Shown here piece by piece: positions 47,969 through 56,488 of a stretch of 64,000 bases of DNA. A model generated the notes under the pieces. It made no database searches. It had not been told where the DNA came from and was given only the letters and a program-made list of their open reading frames with translations. The stretch comes from a virus: IMG/VR virus record IMGVR_UViG_3300036939_000021, positions 1 through 64,000 of that record; one strand, given 5' to 3'. How positions within the stretch are numbered: position 1 is the stretch's first letter; the number at the start of each line of letters is the position of its first letter. Position numbers and translations under genes: made by a program.

Positions 47969-48656
47969 TATTTAAGGAGTTGTAAGTATTAGGTTGAACT
48001 CTTGCATCAATACGGAAACTCCTCAAACTTTGCATATTTGCGGTAGGACTACAACTAGTAACTATAGCAGCACCACGTTTATAATTACCATCCGGATAAG
48101 TATGTAAAAACCAAAATTCGTGATTTCTAAAACTTAAATCTTCGCATAGTTTTATAAGTAAAGCCCCACCAACATCACCGTAAATTTCAATAAGGTCTAT
48201 ATTTATTTTTTTAGAATTAAAAGTTTGTTTTTCTTCTCGTTCTGCTCCATGAGATACATTACTGGTATCAGTTGTTTGTATTTCTGGACTAATTATAAAA
48301 TTTTTACATCCTGCCACTAACCATAAAGCCTGAGTAGTAGAGGTTGTATTTATTGGAATAATAACTCCACTAGATTGATCTAAAATGCTTACTGGTGTTG
48401 ATGTTGTAGTTAAATTAACATCTTCAGCAATTTCTATGATTATTCCATTGAATATTAATTGTGTTTCTGCTGTTAAATATGTTTCTAAATTTGATTTTAA
48501 AAATATTATTCCAGGATTAGTATTACTATTAAATTCTTGAGTTACGGTAATATTGTGATTTTTAGGTATTCTAACGCCAAGAGGCAAGAGAGCTATACGC
48601 AATCTTGCCCCTAATGTAGTTTTTCGAGTAGATGGGTAAGTATGGGATTTAGCCAT
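47961..48656 (-). CDS. tail-tube-like protein (paralogue of 48656-49426)
   Basis: PSTR.TT.G, GC.N...SP.IQ, YGD.GG, EF.F..G.AI shared. Confidence 0.6.
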   Translation of the reverse strand: MAKSHTYPSTRKTTLGARLRIALLPLGVRIPKNHNITVTQEFNSNTNPGIIFLKSNLETYLTAETQLIFNGIIIEIAEDVNLTTTSTPVSILDQSSGVIIPINTTSTTQALWLVAGCKNFIISPEIQTTDTSNVSHGAEREEKQTFNSKKINIDLIEIYGDVGGALLIKLCEDLSFRNHEFWFLHTYPDGNYKRGAAIVTSCSPTANMQSLRSFRIDARVQPNTYNSLNIV

Positions 48657-49426
48657 TAAACAACAGCAACAGCGGTTACAGTAGCCTTAGTATGTACATA
48701 GGAGTCACCTTGTACCTGAGCAGAACCTGAAATATTTACAAGTTGTTGAACTCCACCTTGAGGCGATGCAGAATTAAGAATTGCCACACCTTCGTGAATT
48801 TCTCCTGAACTTTCTCGAACTTCAAAATAAAATTCACGTCCAATGTCGCTGTCTTCATACATGATGTCATAAAGAACGTCTCCACCTCTATCACCATATA
48901 TTGCACGAAATTCAAATGCAAGTTCTTTAGCATTTGAAACTGTTACCATTTCTTTTCCTGTTCCTGAAAGATAAGTTGTTCCGTCTTCATTCTGTATCTG
49001 AGGACTTACAGTAGCGTTAGAGCAACCATTTACAAAAATAAGAGCTTTTGTAATAGTTGTATCTGTTGTAGCGAGAGTAACTGGAGCATCAGGATCGATA
49101 ATAGTTACAGGTGTAGCAGTAGTGCCAACTTCTTTACCTTCAGCAACTTTTACCACTTTATTAGTTCCAAAATTTAAGATTAATCCACCATCAACATATA
49201 CTTTAGTACCAGCTGTAGGAGCTGTACCATTAACTTGGGTAAGAGTTAATGAAAGTTGATCAGAACTCGCACTAGTAAAAGCTGAAGCAACTGTTAAAGT
49301 ATATAATGGCGCTTTACGAATAGTAGAAATTTGTTCACCATATAAAATAATAGGTAGTCTACCAATTGCAAAAGTTTTGCCGATGGTAGTTCTACGTGTA
49401 GATGGTCTAACTACTGTCTTAGCCAT
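48656..49426 (-). CDS. major tail (tube) protein
   Basis: Thr/Val-rich, beta-type; preceded by the late motif; upstream of the chaperone. Confidence 0.65.
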   Translation of the reverse strand: MAKTVVRPSTRRTTIGKTFAIGRLPIILYGEQISTIRKAPLYTLTVASAFTSASSDQLSLTLTQVNGTAPTAGTKVYVDGGLILNFGTNKVVKVAEGKEVGTTATPVTIIDPDAPVTLATTDTTITKALIFVNGCSNATVSPQIQNEDGTTYLSGTGKEMVTVSNAKELAFEFRAIYGDRGGDVLYDIMYEDSDIGREFYFEVRESSGEIHEGVAILNSASPQGGVQQLVNISGSAQVQGDSYVHTKATVTAVAVV

Positions 49427-49453
49427 TTTAATAAATAAAAATAGTACGGTACT

Positions 49454-49469
49454 ATTTACAATATTCCAC
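49454..49469 (-). promoter_or_regulatory. late-gene motif GTGGAATATTGTAAAT
   Basis: Exact copy of 53209-53224 on the minus strand. Confidence 0.7.
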
Positions 49470-49489
49470 TAGTGGAAGTCTCAGAAAGT

Positions 49490-51400
49490 ATGGAAGATTT
49501 TAAGAATAAAAACATCCCCGGAATAATCGAAGGTGCTGGTATTGGAGGTAAAGGAGGTGGCACTCCTGATCAAGATAGGATTTCTGGTACTTCTACAGCA
49601 TATGTATACGCTCTTTTTGGTATAGGTGAAGGCACTATTGAAGGTTTAAAAGCGGGTGCAAAGTCTATTCAACTTGATGGCACACCTATAGAGAATGCTG
49701 ATGGCACTAAAAATTTTAGTGATTTTAAATTTATATTTACTCCAGGTTTGCAAAGTCAAGCTAATATACCATCAGAAGCAAATGAAGTAAGTTCTGAATC
49801 TGCTGTAGGTGTAGAAGTTCTAAAATTATTTCCTGTAACTCGACAAATAACAAATCCAGATATTAATGGTATTCGTATAAGACTCGGTTTTCAATTACAA
49901 GAACAAGAAAAAGAAAGTGGTGATATTAATTCTTTAGCTTGTAATTTTGCAATATATATAAAAGAAGGTAATGGTGCTTTTGTAGAAAGATTAGCTTATA
50001 GAAATAATGAGTTTAAATACCGTTTTACAAGTCTTACAGAATTTACTTATTTTTTTCCTGTTAATTCACAAATAACAGATACCTTTCAAATAAAAGTTGA
50101 AAAAATTTCAGAAGATGCTGTAGATAATGAAGATGTTGTACAGCAACGTACTGTAAGGTGGCAAGCATATGCAGAAGTTATTCAAGATACATTAGAGTAT
50201 CCTTGGACTGCATTATGTTATATGCAATTTCCAGGAAATGCCTTTAAAAGTGTCCCAACACGTAAATATTTAGTTGGGGGTATAAAGTGGCTTATTCCGA
50301 CGGTATTTACTGTAGGTGCTGATAGAGGATTAGATTATAACGGTCAAGCTTGGGGTGGAGGTTTTTACGAACCTGATAAAGCACCAGCTGATGCTGCTTG
50401 GGTAGTATGGGGATTGCTTACAAATAATAGATATGGTTTAGGAAGAAAAATAGCAGGTCGTTTAGGATTAGGTAGAGGATTACAAGAATCTGACATAGAT
50501 AAATTTGCGCTGTATCAGTGTTCTTTGCATAACAACGGTATTATTCCAGACGGATTTGGAAATACTGAAAGACGTTATAGTGCTAACGGAATCTTACAAG
50601 GCTCTCAAGATGCTTGGGAGATGATACAGAGTGTTTGTAGTAATTTTGCTGCAAAAGCTTATTGGAATGGTTCACAGATAAGTTTTTGGCAAGATCGCCC
50701 TTGGATTGGATTACCAAGAGCTATTTTTACTAATGCAAAAGTTGTAGATGGAAGGTTTATATATACAAGTCAGGAATGGAAGGGAATTACAACAGTTGCA
50801 AAAGTAAGTTGGAATGATCCGGCTCAGGATTATGGCTTAGTCCCCGAACCTATAGAATATCAACAAGGTATTTTAGATTGGGGAGTACATGAAGATGAGT
50901 TTTCTGCTTTTCTCTGTACTTCTCGTGGTCAAGCTTATCGATTAGGTTTAAAAAATATTTTAACTTCTTTACTTGAGACTGAAATGGTAAGTTTTCGAGC
51001 ATTACCAGAATCTTTTTATTGCCGTCCTGGAGATGTAATTCAAGTTCAAGATAATCGTAGAACACAAACTAGAAAGGGTGGATTAATAACTTCTGCTACC
51101 ACAACTTCTATTACAGTAGATTTAAAAAATCCAGTAACTCTAGTCGGTACATCTCCATATAAAGTAAGAGTAACTTTACCCAATTTACAAGTAGAAGAAA
51201 GATTTATAAGTAATGGTGCTGGAACGCATTTAACTTTATTACCAACACAGCCTTTTAGTATGCCACCTCTTTCTCATGCAATTTGGTTAGTACAAGATGG
51301 AGCTGCTCTTGAGATGCTATATCGAATTATTTCTATAACTCCTGGTGAAGCAGAAAATAAAATGATTTATGAAATCAGCGCTAAAACTTATGCTGGTTAG
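49490..51400 (+). CDS. tail tip/host-specificity protein J (lambda gpJ-like)
   Basis: GEG.IEGL..I.LDGTP; YP.TAL; LLTNNRYGLG; IDKFALY; E.RY..NG; CTSRGQA.R.G; PGDVI. Confidence 0.9.
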   Translation: MEDFKNKNIPGIIEGAGIGGKGGGTPDQDRISGTSTAYVYALFGIGEGTIEGLKAGAKSIQLDGTPIENADGTKNFSDFKFIFTPGLQSQANIPSEANEVSSESAVGVEVLKLFPVTRQITNPDINGIRIRLGFQLQEQEKESGDINSLACNFAIYIKEGNGAFVERLAYRNNEFKYRFTSLTEFTYFFPVNSQITDTFQIKVEKISEDAVDNEDVVQQRTVRWQAYAEVIQDTLEYPWTALCYMQFPGNAFKSVPTRKYLVGGIKWLIPTVFTVGADRGLDYNGQAWGGGFYEPDKAPADAAWVVWGLLTNNRYGLGRKIAGRLGLGRGLQESDIDKFALYQCSLHNNGIIPDGFGNTERRYSANGILQGSQDAWEMIQSVCSNFAAKAYWNGSQISFWQDRPWIGLPRAIFTNAKVVDGRFIYTSQEWKGITTVAKVSWNDPAQDYGLVPEPIEYQQGILDWGVHEDEFSAFLCTSRGQAYRLGLKNILTSLLETEMVSFRALPESFYCRPGDVIQVQDNRRTQTRKGGLITSATTTSITVDLKNPVTLVGTSPYKVRVTLPNLQVEERFISNGAGTHLTLLPTQPFSMPPLSHAIWLVQDGAALEMLYRIISITPGEAENKMIYEISAKTYAG

Positions 51401-51699
51401 CTTAAAACATTATCTGGTAAACTTTTAGTTTTTATTTTAGGTATTGAAATTTTTTGATAGTCTTTTAATTGAGATAAAGCAAAAGATATATCTGAGTTAT
51501 TTGTAGTTTTAGGATTAATAAGATGTCCATACATATTATAACTTTCGGATAATTTTTCTAATAAATCTTCTTCTATTAAATTAGCAAGATAGTTATCAGG
51601 AGTTTCTACAAATATATCAATAGAAGTTTTTGTATCAGATTTGTCGTTATCTGTTAATAATCTAATTGAGATATTGTCTTGTTTTATTATGAATTCCAT
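51397..51699 (-). CDS. small hypothetical protein downstream of the zincin-like gene
   Basis: 4-nt gap after the 51704 ORF. Confidence 0.6.
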   Translation of the reverse strand: MEFIIKQDNISIRLLTDNDKSDTKTSIDIFVETPDNYLANLIEEDLLEKLSESYNMYGHLINPKTTNNSDISFALSQLKDYQKISIPKIKTKSLPDNVLS

Positions 51700-51703
51700 A
51701 AAA

Positions 51704-53185
51704 TTAGTTATTTAAGAGATGTCCTAAAACTAAATTAAAATGTTCAGGATCTTTATTATATAAAGATCTCATAGTTTGTGGTGAATGGAAATGTTCCATA
51801 CCAACTGCGTGTACTTCGGTAGCTTCAACGTCTGAAGTATAAACTCTTCCTACATAAGGAGTTATATAATTACCTCTATAAGCTATTTCATCATTTCTAT
51901 ATTTGCTACTATTAGTTATATCATTAAGTTTTTCTGCATTTTGAGTTAGACTTCTCTCTTCTCGCCATTTTTCATTTGCTCTTAATATATTTTTATTTTC
52001 AGTTTCAGCATGATGGGATACTTCATGCCATAAAGCATAAGATGGGGCATTTTTACCAACTTCAATTAATTTTTTATTTTTATCGGCATAGGCTCTGTCG
52101 CCCTCTGCTTTAATTGATTGAAGTAGAGATTGACCTTTACCGCCTGTGTGATAATAATAGTCAGTTAGATCATCTAAAACTCTTTGTTTAATTTGAGGAT
52201 CTTTAATATCTATATCTACTTTTTCTGCTAAAGCTCTGGCTTCTTGTTTTGATAAAGGAGTAGATTTGCCTAAATCTTCTCTTAAATTTATAAAAGCTTG
52301 CTCTTGTTCTTTTTTTAATTTTTCTTGTTCTTGCTGTAAATTTTCTATATTTTTTTGTATATTTTTACGATCTTTAACAGATGCTTTAGGTAGACGCTTT
52401 TTTTCGTTTCTTAATTTAATACTAATATCTACTAATTTTTTTCCATGATCTTTAATACTATCTAAATGTTTATTAGATAAAGTAGCACCAATACTAATAA
52501 TTTCTTTTGGTGATGATTTTATCGATTTAGAAGAAGACTCTAGAGAAACTTCAACAGCTTTTTTAATTTCTGTTTTTTGTCTTTTGGGTATTTCATCGTT
52601 ATTTAGTAATTTACTGACTTTTTCTTTTAATACTGTTTTTTTCGTTTTACTAGGAAGTTCATCAGCAAATAAGGTTTTTTTAACATCTTTAACGTCTTGA
52701 GCTATAGGTTTACCTATTTTAGATATTTCATCTAATTTACTTTTTAAAGTATCTAATTTTGTTTTTTGTTTTAATATAGACGACGTTTCAGGCTTAGGAT
52801 GTGTTTTAGTAGAAGTTGTAGGAAGTATAGATTTTTTGGATCTAGCTTCTTCTATAGCTTCACGCCAACTATCAGTTTTTCTACCATCTTTAGCTTTAAC
52901 ACCATATTCAGCAGCAACTTTTTTAAGAGTTGCTAATTTCATTCCTTTTAAATCATTATCAGCATTATTAGAAGAAACTGTAGAAGTTTTAGAAGTAGTA
53001 TTTTTTGTAGTAGATGCTTTAGTTTCAGTTTTTTTAGTAGATTTAGTTGTACTTTTTTTTGTTTTATCTCCTCCTTTAGGCATAAACTGACCACCTAAAG
53101 GATGTCCTGGAGGATAACGAGGATGCTCACTCTCTTTAAAAGAACTTGCTATTTTCTTTCTTGTTGATCCTAATTTTGTAGGCAT
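51704..53185 (-). CDS. Lys-rich protein with HPR..G..GGQF N-terminus and C-terminal HExxH zincin-like domain
   Basis: FKESEHPRYPPGHPLGGQF; LWHEVSHHAE; YVGRVY..TEVHAVGME. Confidence 0.65.
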   Translation of the reverse strand: MPTKLGSTRKKIASSFKESEHPRYPPGHPLGGQFMPKGGDKTKKSTTKSTKKTETKASTTKNTTSKTSTVSSNNADNDLKGMKLATLKKVAAEYGVKAKDGRKTDSWREAIEEARSKKSILPTTSTKTHPKPETSSILKQKTKLDTLKSKLDEISKIGKPIAQDVKDVKKTLFADELPSKTKKTVLKEKVSKLLNNDEIPKRQKTEIKKAVEVSLESSSKSIKSSPKEIISIGATLSNKHLDSIKDHGKKLVDISIKLRNEKKRLPKASVKDRKNIQKNIENLQQEQEKLKKEQEQAFINLREDLGKSTPLSKQEARALAEKVDIDIKDPQIKQRVLDDLTDYYYHTGGKGQSLLQSIKAEGDRAYADKNKKLIEVGKNAPSYALWHEVSHHAETENKNILRANEKWREERSLTQNAEKLNDITNSSKYRNDEIAYRGNYITPYVGRVYTSDVEATEVHAVGMEHFHSPQTMRSLYNKDPEHFNLVLGHLLNN

Positions 53186-53208
53186 GGTTGATAAAAAATA
53201 GATTTAAA

Positions 53209-53224
53209 GTGGAATATTGTAAAT
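53209..53224 (+). promoter_or_regulatory. late-gene motif GTGGAATATTGTAAAT
   Basis: About 27 nt upstream of the scaffold ATG. Confidence 0.7.
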
Positions 53225-53250
53225 ACGGCTTTTATTAGAAAATATCTATT

Positions 53251-54099
53251 ATGGCACTTGATCCAGAAGTATTAGCAGCTATTCAAGAAACTGTCAAGGA
53301 ATCTTTTACTGAGTTTAATTCTACTATAGAATCTAAATTTCGTGAATTAACAAGAAAACAAGACTCAATAAAAAAAGATTTTACAAATATTATTGATACA
53401 CAACTTAATGAACGCTTTGACAGTATTACTCCGAATCTAGCATTTATTGAAGATGTAAGAAAAGAGTATGAAGAGGAAATTAGACAAAATCAGTATAATC
53501 CTGAACCTGAAGTAGAAATTGAAGAAGGTAATAAAAATAACAAACGTTCTAAAGGTAAGCGAGATGTTGTGGAAGAAACCACACTTTTAGAACAAAAATT
53601 AAGAGCAGAGTTCGAGGCTAAATTGATCGAAGATCGTAAACGTGTTACAGAACTTGAAACACAACTTAAAGCCGATCAAGAAAAAACTAGAGAAGAACAA
53701 GAAAAAGCACGTCTTACCAGTTTACGTAATGATGCTCTAAACACTATTCGAGAAATGGGTTTAGTTTCTCCAGGTAAAGAGAATCGTTTGTTTACTCTTT
53801 TAGAGCAAGACGGCAGACTTGTAAAAACAGAAGAAGGTTTTAAGATTGCGGCTAAAGATAAATTTGGTGATGATGTTCAATTAGCTATTTCAGAGCAATT
53901 ACCTGAATTAATTAAAACATCATATGATGAATATTCAATACCTAGAGGTGGAACAGGTACGGGAGGAGTAAACACACCACGGAATAATAATGTACCCACT
54001 CAGGATTTCTCAGGATTGACCGCACAACAAATTTACGAACAAAAAAATTTGCTTGGTGCTGATTTGATTAAAACTCTTGAACAAAATTACTCTGTGTAA
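53251..54099 (+). CDS. capsid scaffolding protein
   Basis: Acidic coiled coil with GGTGTGG near the C-terminus, immediately upstream of the capsid gene. Confidence 0.75.
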   Translation: MALDPEVLAAIQETVKESFTEFNSTIESKFRELTRKQDSIKKDFTNIIDTQLNERFDSITPNLAFIEDVRKEYEEEIRQNQYNPEPEVEIEEGNKNNKRSKGKRDVVEETTLLEQKLRAEFEAKLIEDRKRVTELETQLKADQEKTREEQEKARLTSLRNDALNTIREMGLVSPGKENRLFTLLEQDGRLVKTEEGFKIAAKDKFGDDVQLAISEQLPELIKTSYDEYSIPRGGTGTGGVNTPRNNNVPTQDFSGLTAQQIYEQKNLLGADLIKTLEQNYSV

Positions 54100-54104
54100 T
54101 TTTT

Positions 54105-54120
54105 GTGGAACATTGTAATT
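54105..54120 (+). promoter_or_regulatory. late-gene motif variant GTGGAACATTGTAATT
   Basis: About 23 nt upstream of the capsid ATG. Confidence 0.6.
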
Positions 54121-54142
54121 AAAGGAATATTATTAAAAAATA

Positions 54143-55507
54143 ATGCCACCTACACAAACTCCTAATGCTGGTGCATTGCTTGAGACGGCTATTGCATCAG
54201 CAGCATTAACACAACTTAATCATGTTGCTATATATCCTCGTGTTGCGACTCGTGACTATGAACTGGGAGCATTTGCAAGAGGAAATGTAGTTAGGATTAG
54301 ACGCCCTAAGCGTAGACGTGCTGTAGATTTAGATCCTCGTACTGGTGGATTTAATTTTACAGAAGCAGAATTCTTTTCTGGGGAAGTAAAGCTAGAGCGT
54401 TTGTGGACTGACGGATTTTTGATGTATGGTCATGATTCACAGCAAACAATGGCTTTATATTTGGCTGAAACTGCTAGTCAAATTTCTGATGCTATCATTA
54501 CACCGAATGATGAGTATCTTTATACAAAATTTAGAGATTGGAGTCCCTTCGCTAGTGTTTTAAGCACGGGTGCTTATGCGCTTGGTGATACTCCACCATT
54601 TAATATTTCTTTTTGTATAAAAGATGATGGCACTCTTACAGAATTTAATAATGAAGGACTAAGAGGTGCTAGTGTTTTCTTAGATAAAGAAAATGCAGGT
54701 AATGATCGTTATGCTGTGATCTCTAGTTCTGCTAAAGGTGCTTTTCTTGGAGATAGTATAGCAATCGAAGGATCTAAAGTTGAAGCGGAAAAAGATCCAC
54801 TCTCTCAATTAATTATTGCTGGTATCAGACAAGGGCAATTTGTTGAGAGATATGGATTTAGACTTGCAGGATCTAATACCGTAGGTGGTCAAACAGGTAC
54901 ACCTGATTTAGATACAGTCGCAGGAATTCAGGGGACTTTACCTATTAGTGCTAGTGCTGCGAATACTCAGTTATCGTATGCTGATTTTAGTTCTACCTAT
55001 GGTGTAGGTTCTTTGATTGGTGCCGTAGATATTACTCTGACAGCCGGAACGGCTTTACCTCCAAGTATTGCAGTAGGTAAAATTGCTAGACTTGCACCAG
55101 GAACACCCAATAAGAGTAACGTATTTTATGGTGTTATTCTACGAGTAAATCTTACAACACCAACAGCACCTATTGTAACGATGGTTCCATATAAATGGAA
55201 TGGTCAAAAAATTCCTGCAACGGGAATTATTCCAGGTACTTACGTATTTAGCGTTCCTGACATTCCTAGCGTAAATACTGTAAACACTACTGAAGGTTTG
55301 TTGATGGCAAATCGTTTCTTACGTGAGCCACGTTTAGGAAGTGGAGCGGTTGCAGCAAGTATCCGTGACCCTCAGACTAATAATGTAATTCAAGTCTTTA
55401 CAGGGAATTATGACTTGGGTACTGTGAGCGAAAAGAATGCAGCTTATATGCTAACAGGTGCTAAAATTTCTGATTGTCGTAAGACTGGTTTGATTCTTTC
55501 ACTATAG
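54143..55507 (+). CDS. major capsid protein (P22-coat-like)
   Basis: RDYE..F.RGNVVRIRRP; LD..NA...RYAV; G.F..RYGF; follows scaffold. Confidence 0.8.
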   Translation: MPPTQTPNAGALLETAIASAALTQLNHVAIYPRVATRDYELGAFARGNVVRIRRPKRRRAVDLDPRTGGFNFTEAEFFSGEVKLERLWTDGFLMYGHDSQQTMALYLAETASQISDAIITPNDEYLYTKFRDWSPFASVLSTGAYALGDTPPFNISFCIKDDGTLTEFNNEGLRGASVFLDKENAGNDRYAVISSSAKGAFLGDSIAIEGSKVEAEKDPLSQLIIAGIRQGQFVERYGFRLAGSNTVGGQTGTPDLDTVAGIQGTLPISASAANTQLSYADFSSTYGVGSLIGAVDITLTAGTALPPSIAVGKIARLAPGTPNKSNVFYGVILRVNLTTPTAPIVTMVPYKWNGQKIPATGIIPGTYVFSVPDIPSVNTVNTTEGLLMANRFLREPRLGSGAVAASIRDPQTNNVIQVFTGNYDLGTVSEKNAAYMLTGAKISDCRKTGLILSL

Positions 55508-55523
55508 GATTTTAATAATAAAA

Positions 55524-56099
55524 ATGCCTGAATACGAATATACTTTGATGTATGAACCCCGTAATGGGACACCTGTTTCGGTTCCATCTGCTGAGGTTCA
55601 AGCAAGGCTTAATGAAGGTTTTAGAACAGCTAAACCTGATGAAGATACGGTTTTAAAACCTGGTACAGGAATAGCAAGAGTAGATATTTCTCCTAGTGCA
55701 ACTATTGCAGCTAGAGAAATGGTGCCTATTGAAATTAATGCAGCAACTCTTAAAGATTTACAAGTGCGTTTAGGTCTTTCTACTGCTTATGCAAAATTAG
55801 TAAAAGAAAAAAGACCTTACACCGATTTAGAGGATTTAATTGCAAAAGTCCCAGAGATTAACAACTGGGCTAATCTTGAACATATTATTAGCTTTAAGGA
55901 ACAAGAGCAACCTAAAGAGCTTGAGCAAGAAAAGGCAGTAATCCCACAGATTACTCAAAATCAAGATTTAAGTCCTACAGGTACAGATAAAGCAACGCCT
56001 GTTGAAGGTGAACTGAAAGTACTTTCAACAAAAGAAAAACTTGAGACAGATACTCAACAAAAGCTAGAAGCTAAACCAGAAGAAAAATCGAAGAAATAA
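55524..56099 (+). CDS. helix-hairpin-helix (ComEA-like) protein
   Basis: IEINAAT..DL...LGLS...AK.V.E.RPY..LEDL. Confidence 0.7.
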   Translation: MPEYEYTLMYEPRNGTPVSVPSAEVQARLNEGFRTAKPDEDTVLKPGTGIARVDISPSATIAAREMVPIEINAATLKDLQVRLGLSTAYAKLVKEKRPYTDLEDLIAKVPEINNWANLEHIISFKEQEQPKELEQEKAVIPQITQNQDLSPTGTDKATPVEGELKVLSTKEKLETDTQQKLEAKPEEKSKK

Positions 56100-56104
56100 G
56101 TATT

Positions 56105-56476
56105 ATGGCATTGTCTGAGCGTTCAGTATCTCTATTACATGAAATATATGAGATTACGACAATGCCTAACACGGTTTTTGCCGGAGGTGAAGGTACATCT
56201 CGTTTAGTACCAGATTTATTTAATGCTGGTTTGAGTGTTAGAGAACAACTTGAAAAAGCAATAGAGCAAATAAATCAGAATCCTTCTGTTATTACTAGAA
56301 TTGAAGAAATTCTAGCAGAATGGGAAGAGTTATCTATTGACCCTAGTAAAATAGAACAAGAGGGTTATTTTTTAAAACCCGAAAAAAATATAAAAGCAAT
56401 AAGAAAAAGACTCTACACATACACTGGAATAATATTTTCTGGTGATATTTCTTTTAATAGAATACCGTTAGGTTAA
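56105..56476 (+). CDS. probable head-tail adaptor
   Basis: Size, helical character, position after the capsid genes. Confidence 0.45.
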   Translation: MALSERSVSLLHEIYEITTMPNTVFAGGEGTSRLVPDLFNAGLSVREQLEKAIEQINQNPSVITRIEEILAEWEELSIDPSKIEQEGYFLKPEKNIKAIRKRLYTYTGIIFSGDISFNRIPLG

Positions 56477-56488
56477 AGGAAGATATTA

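Noticed and set aside
55524-56099. psbU auxiliary photosynthesis gene
   Set aside because: Only a generic HhH similarity; no signal peptide, and it lies in the capsid operon.
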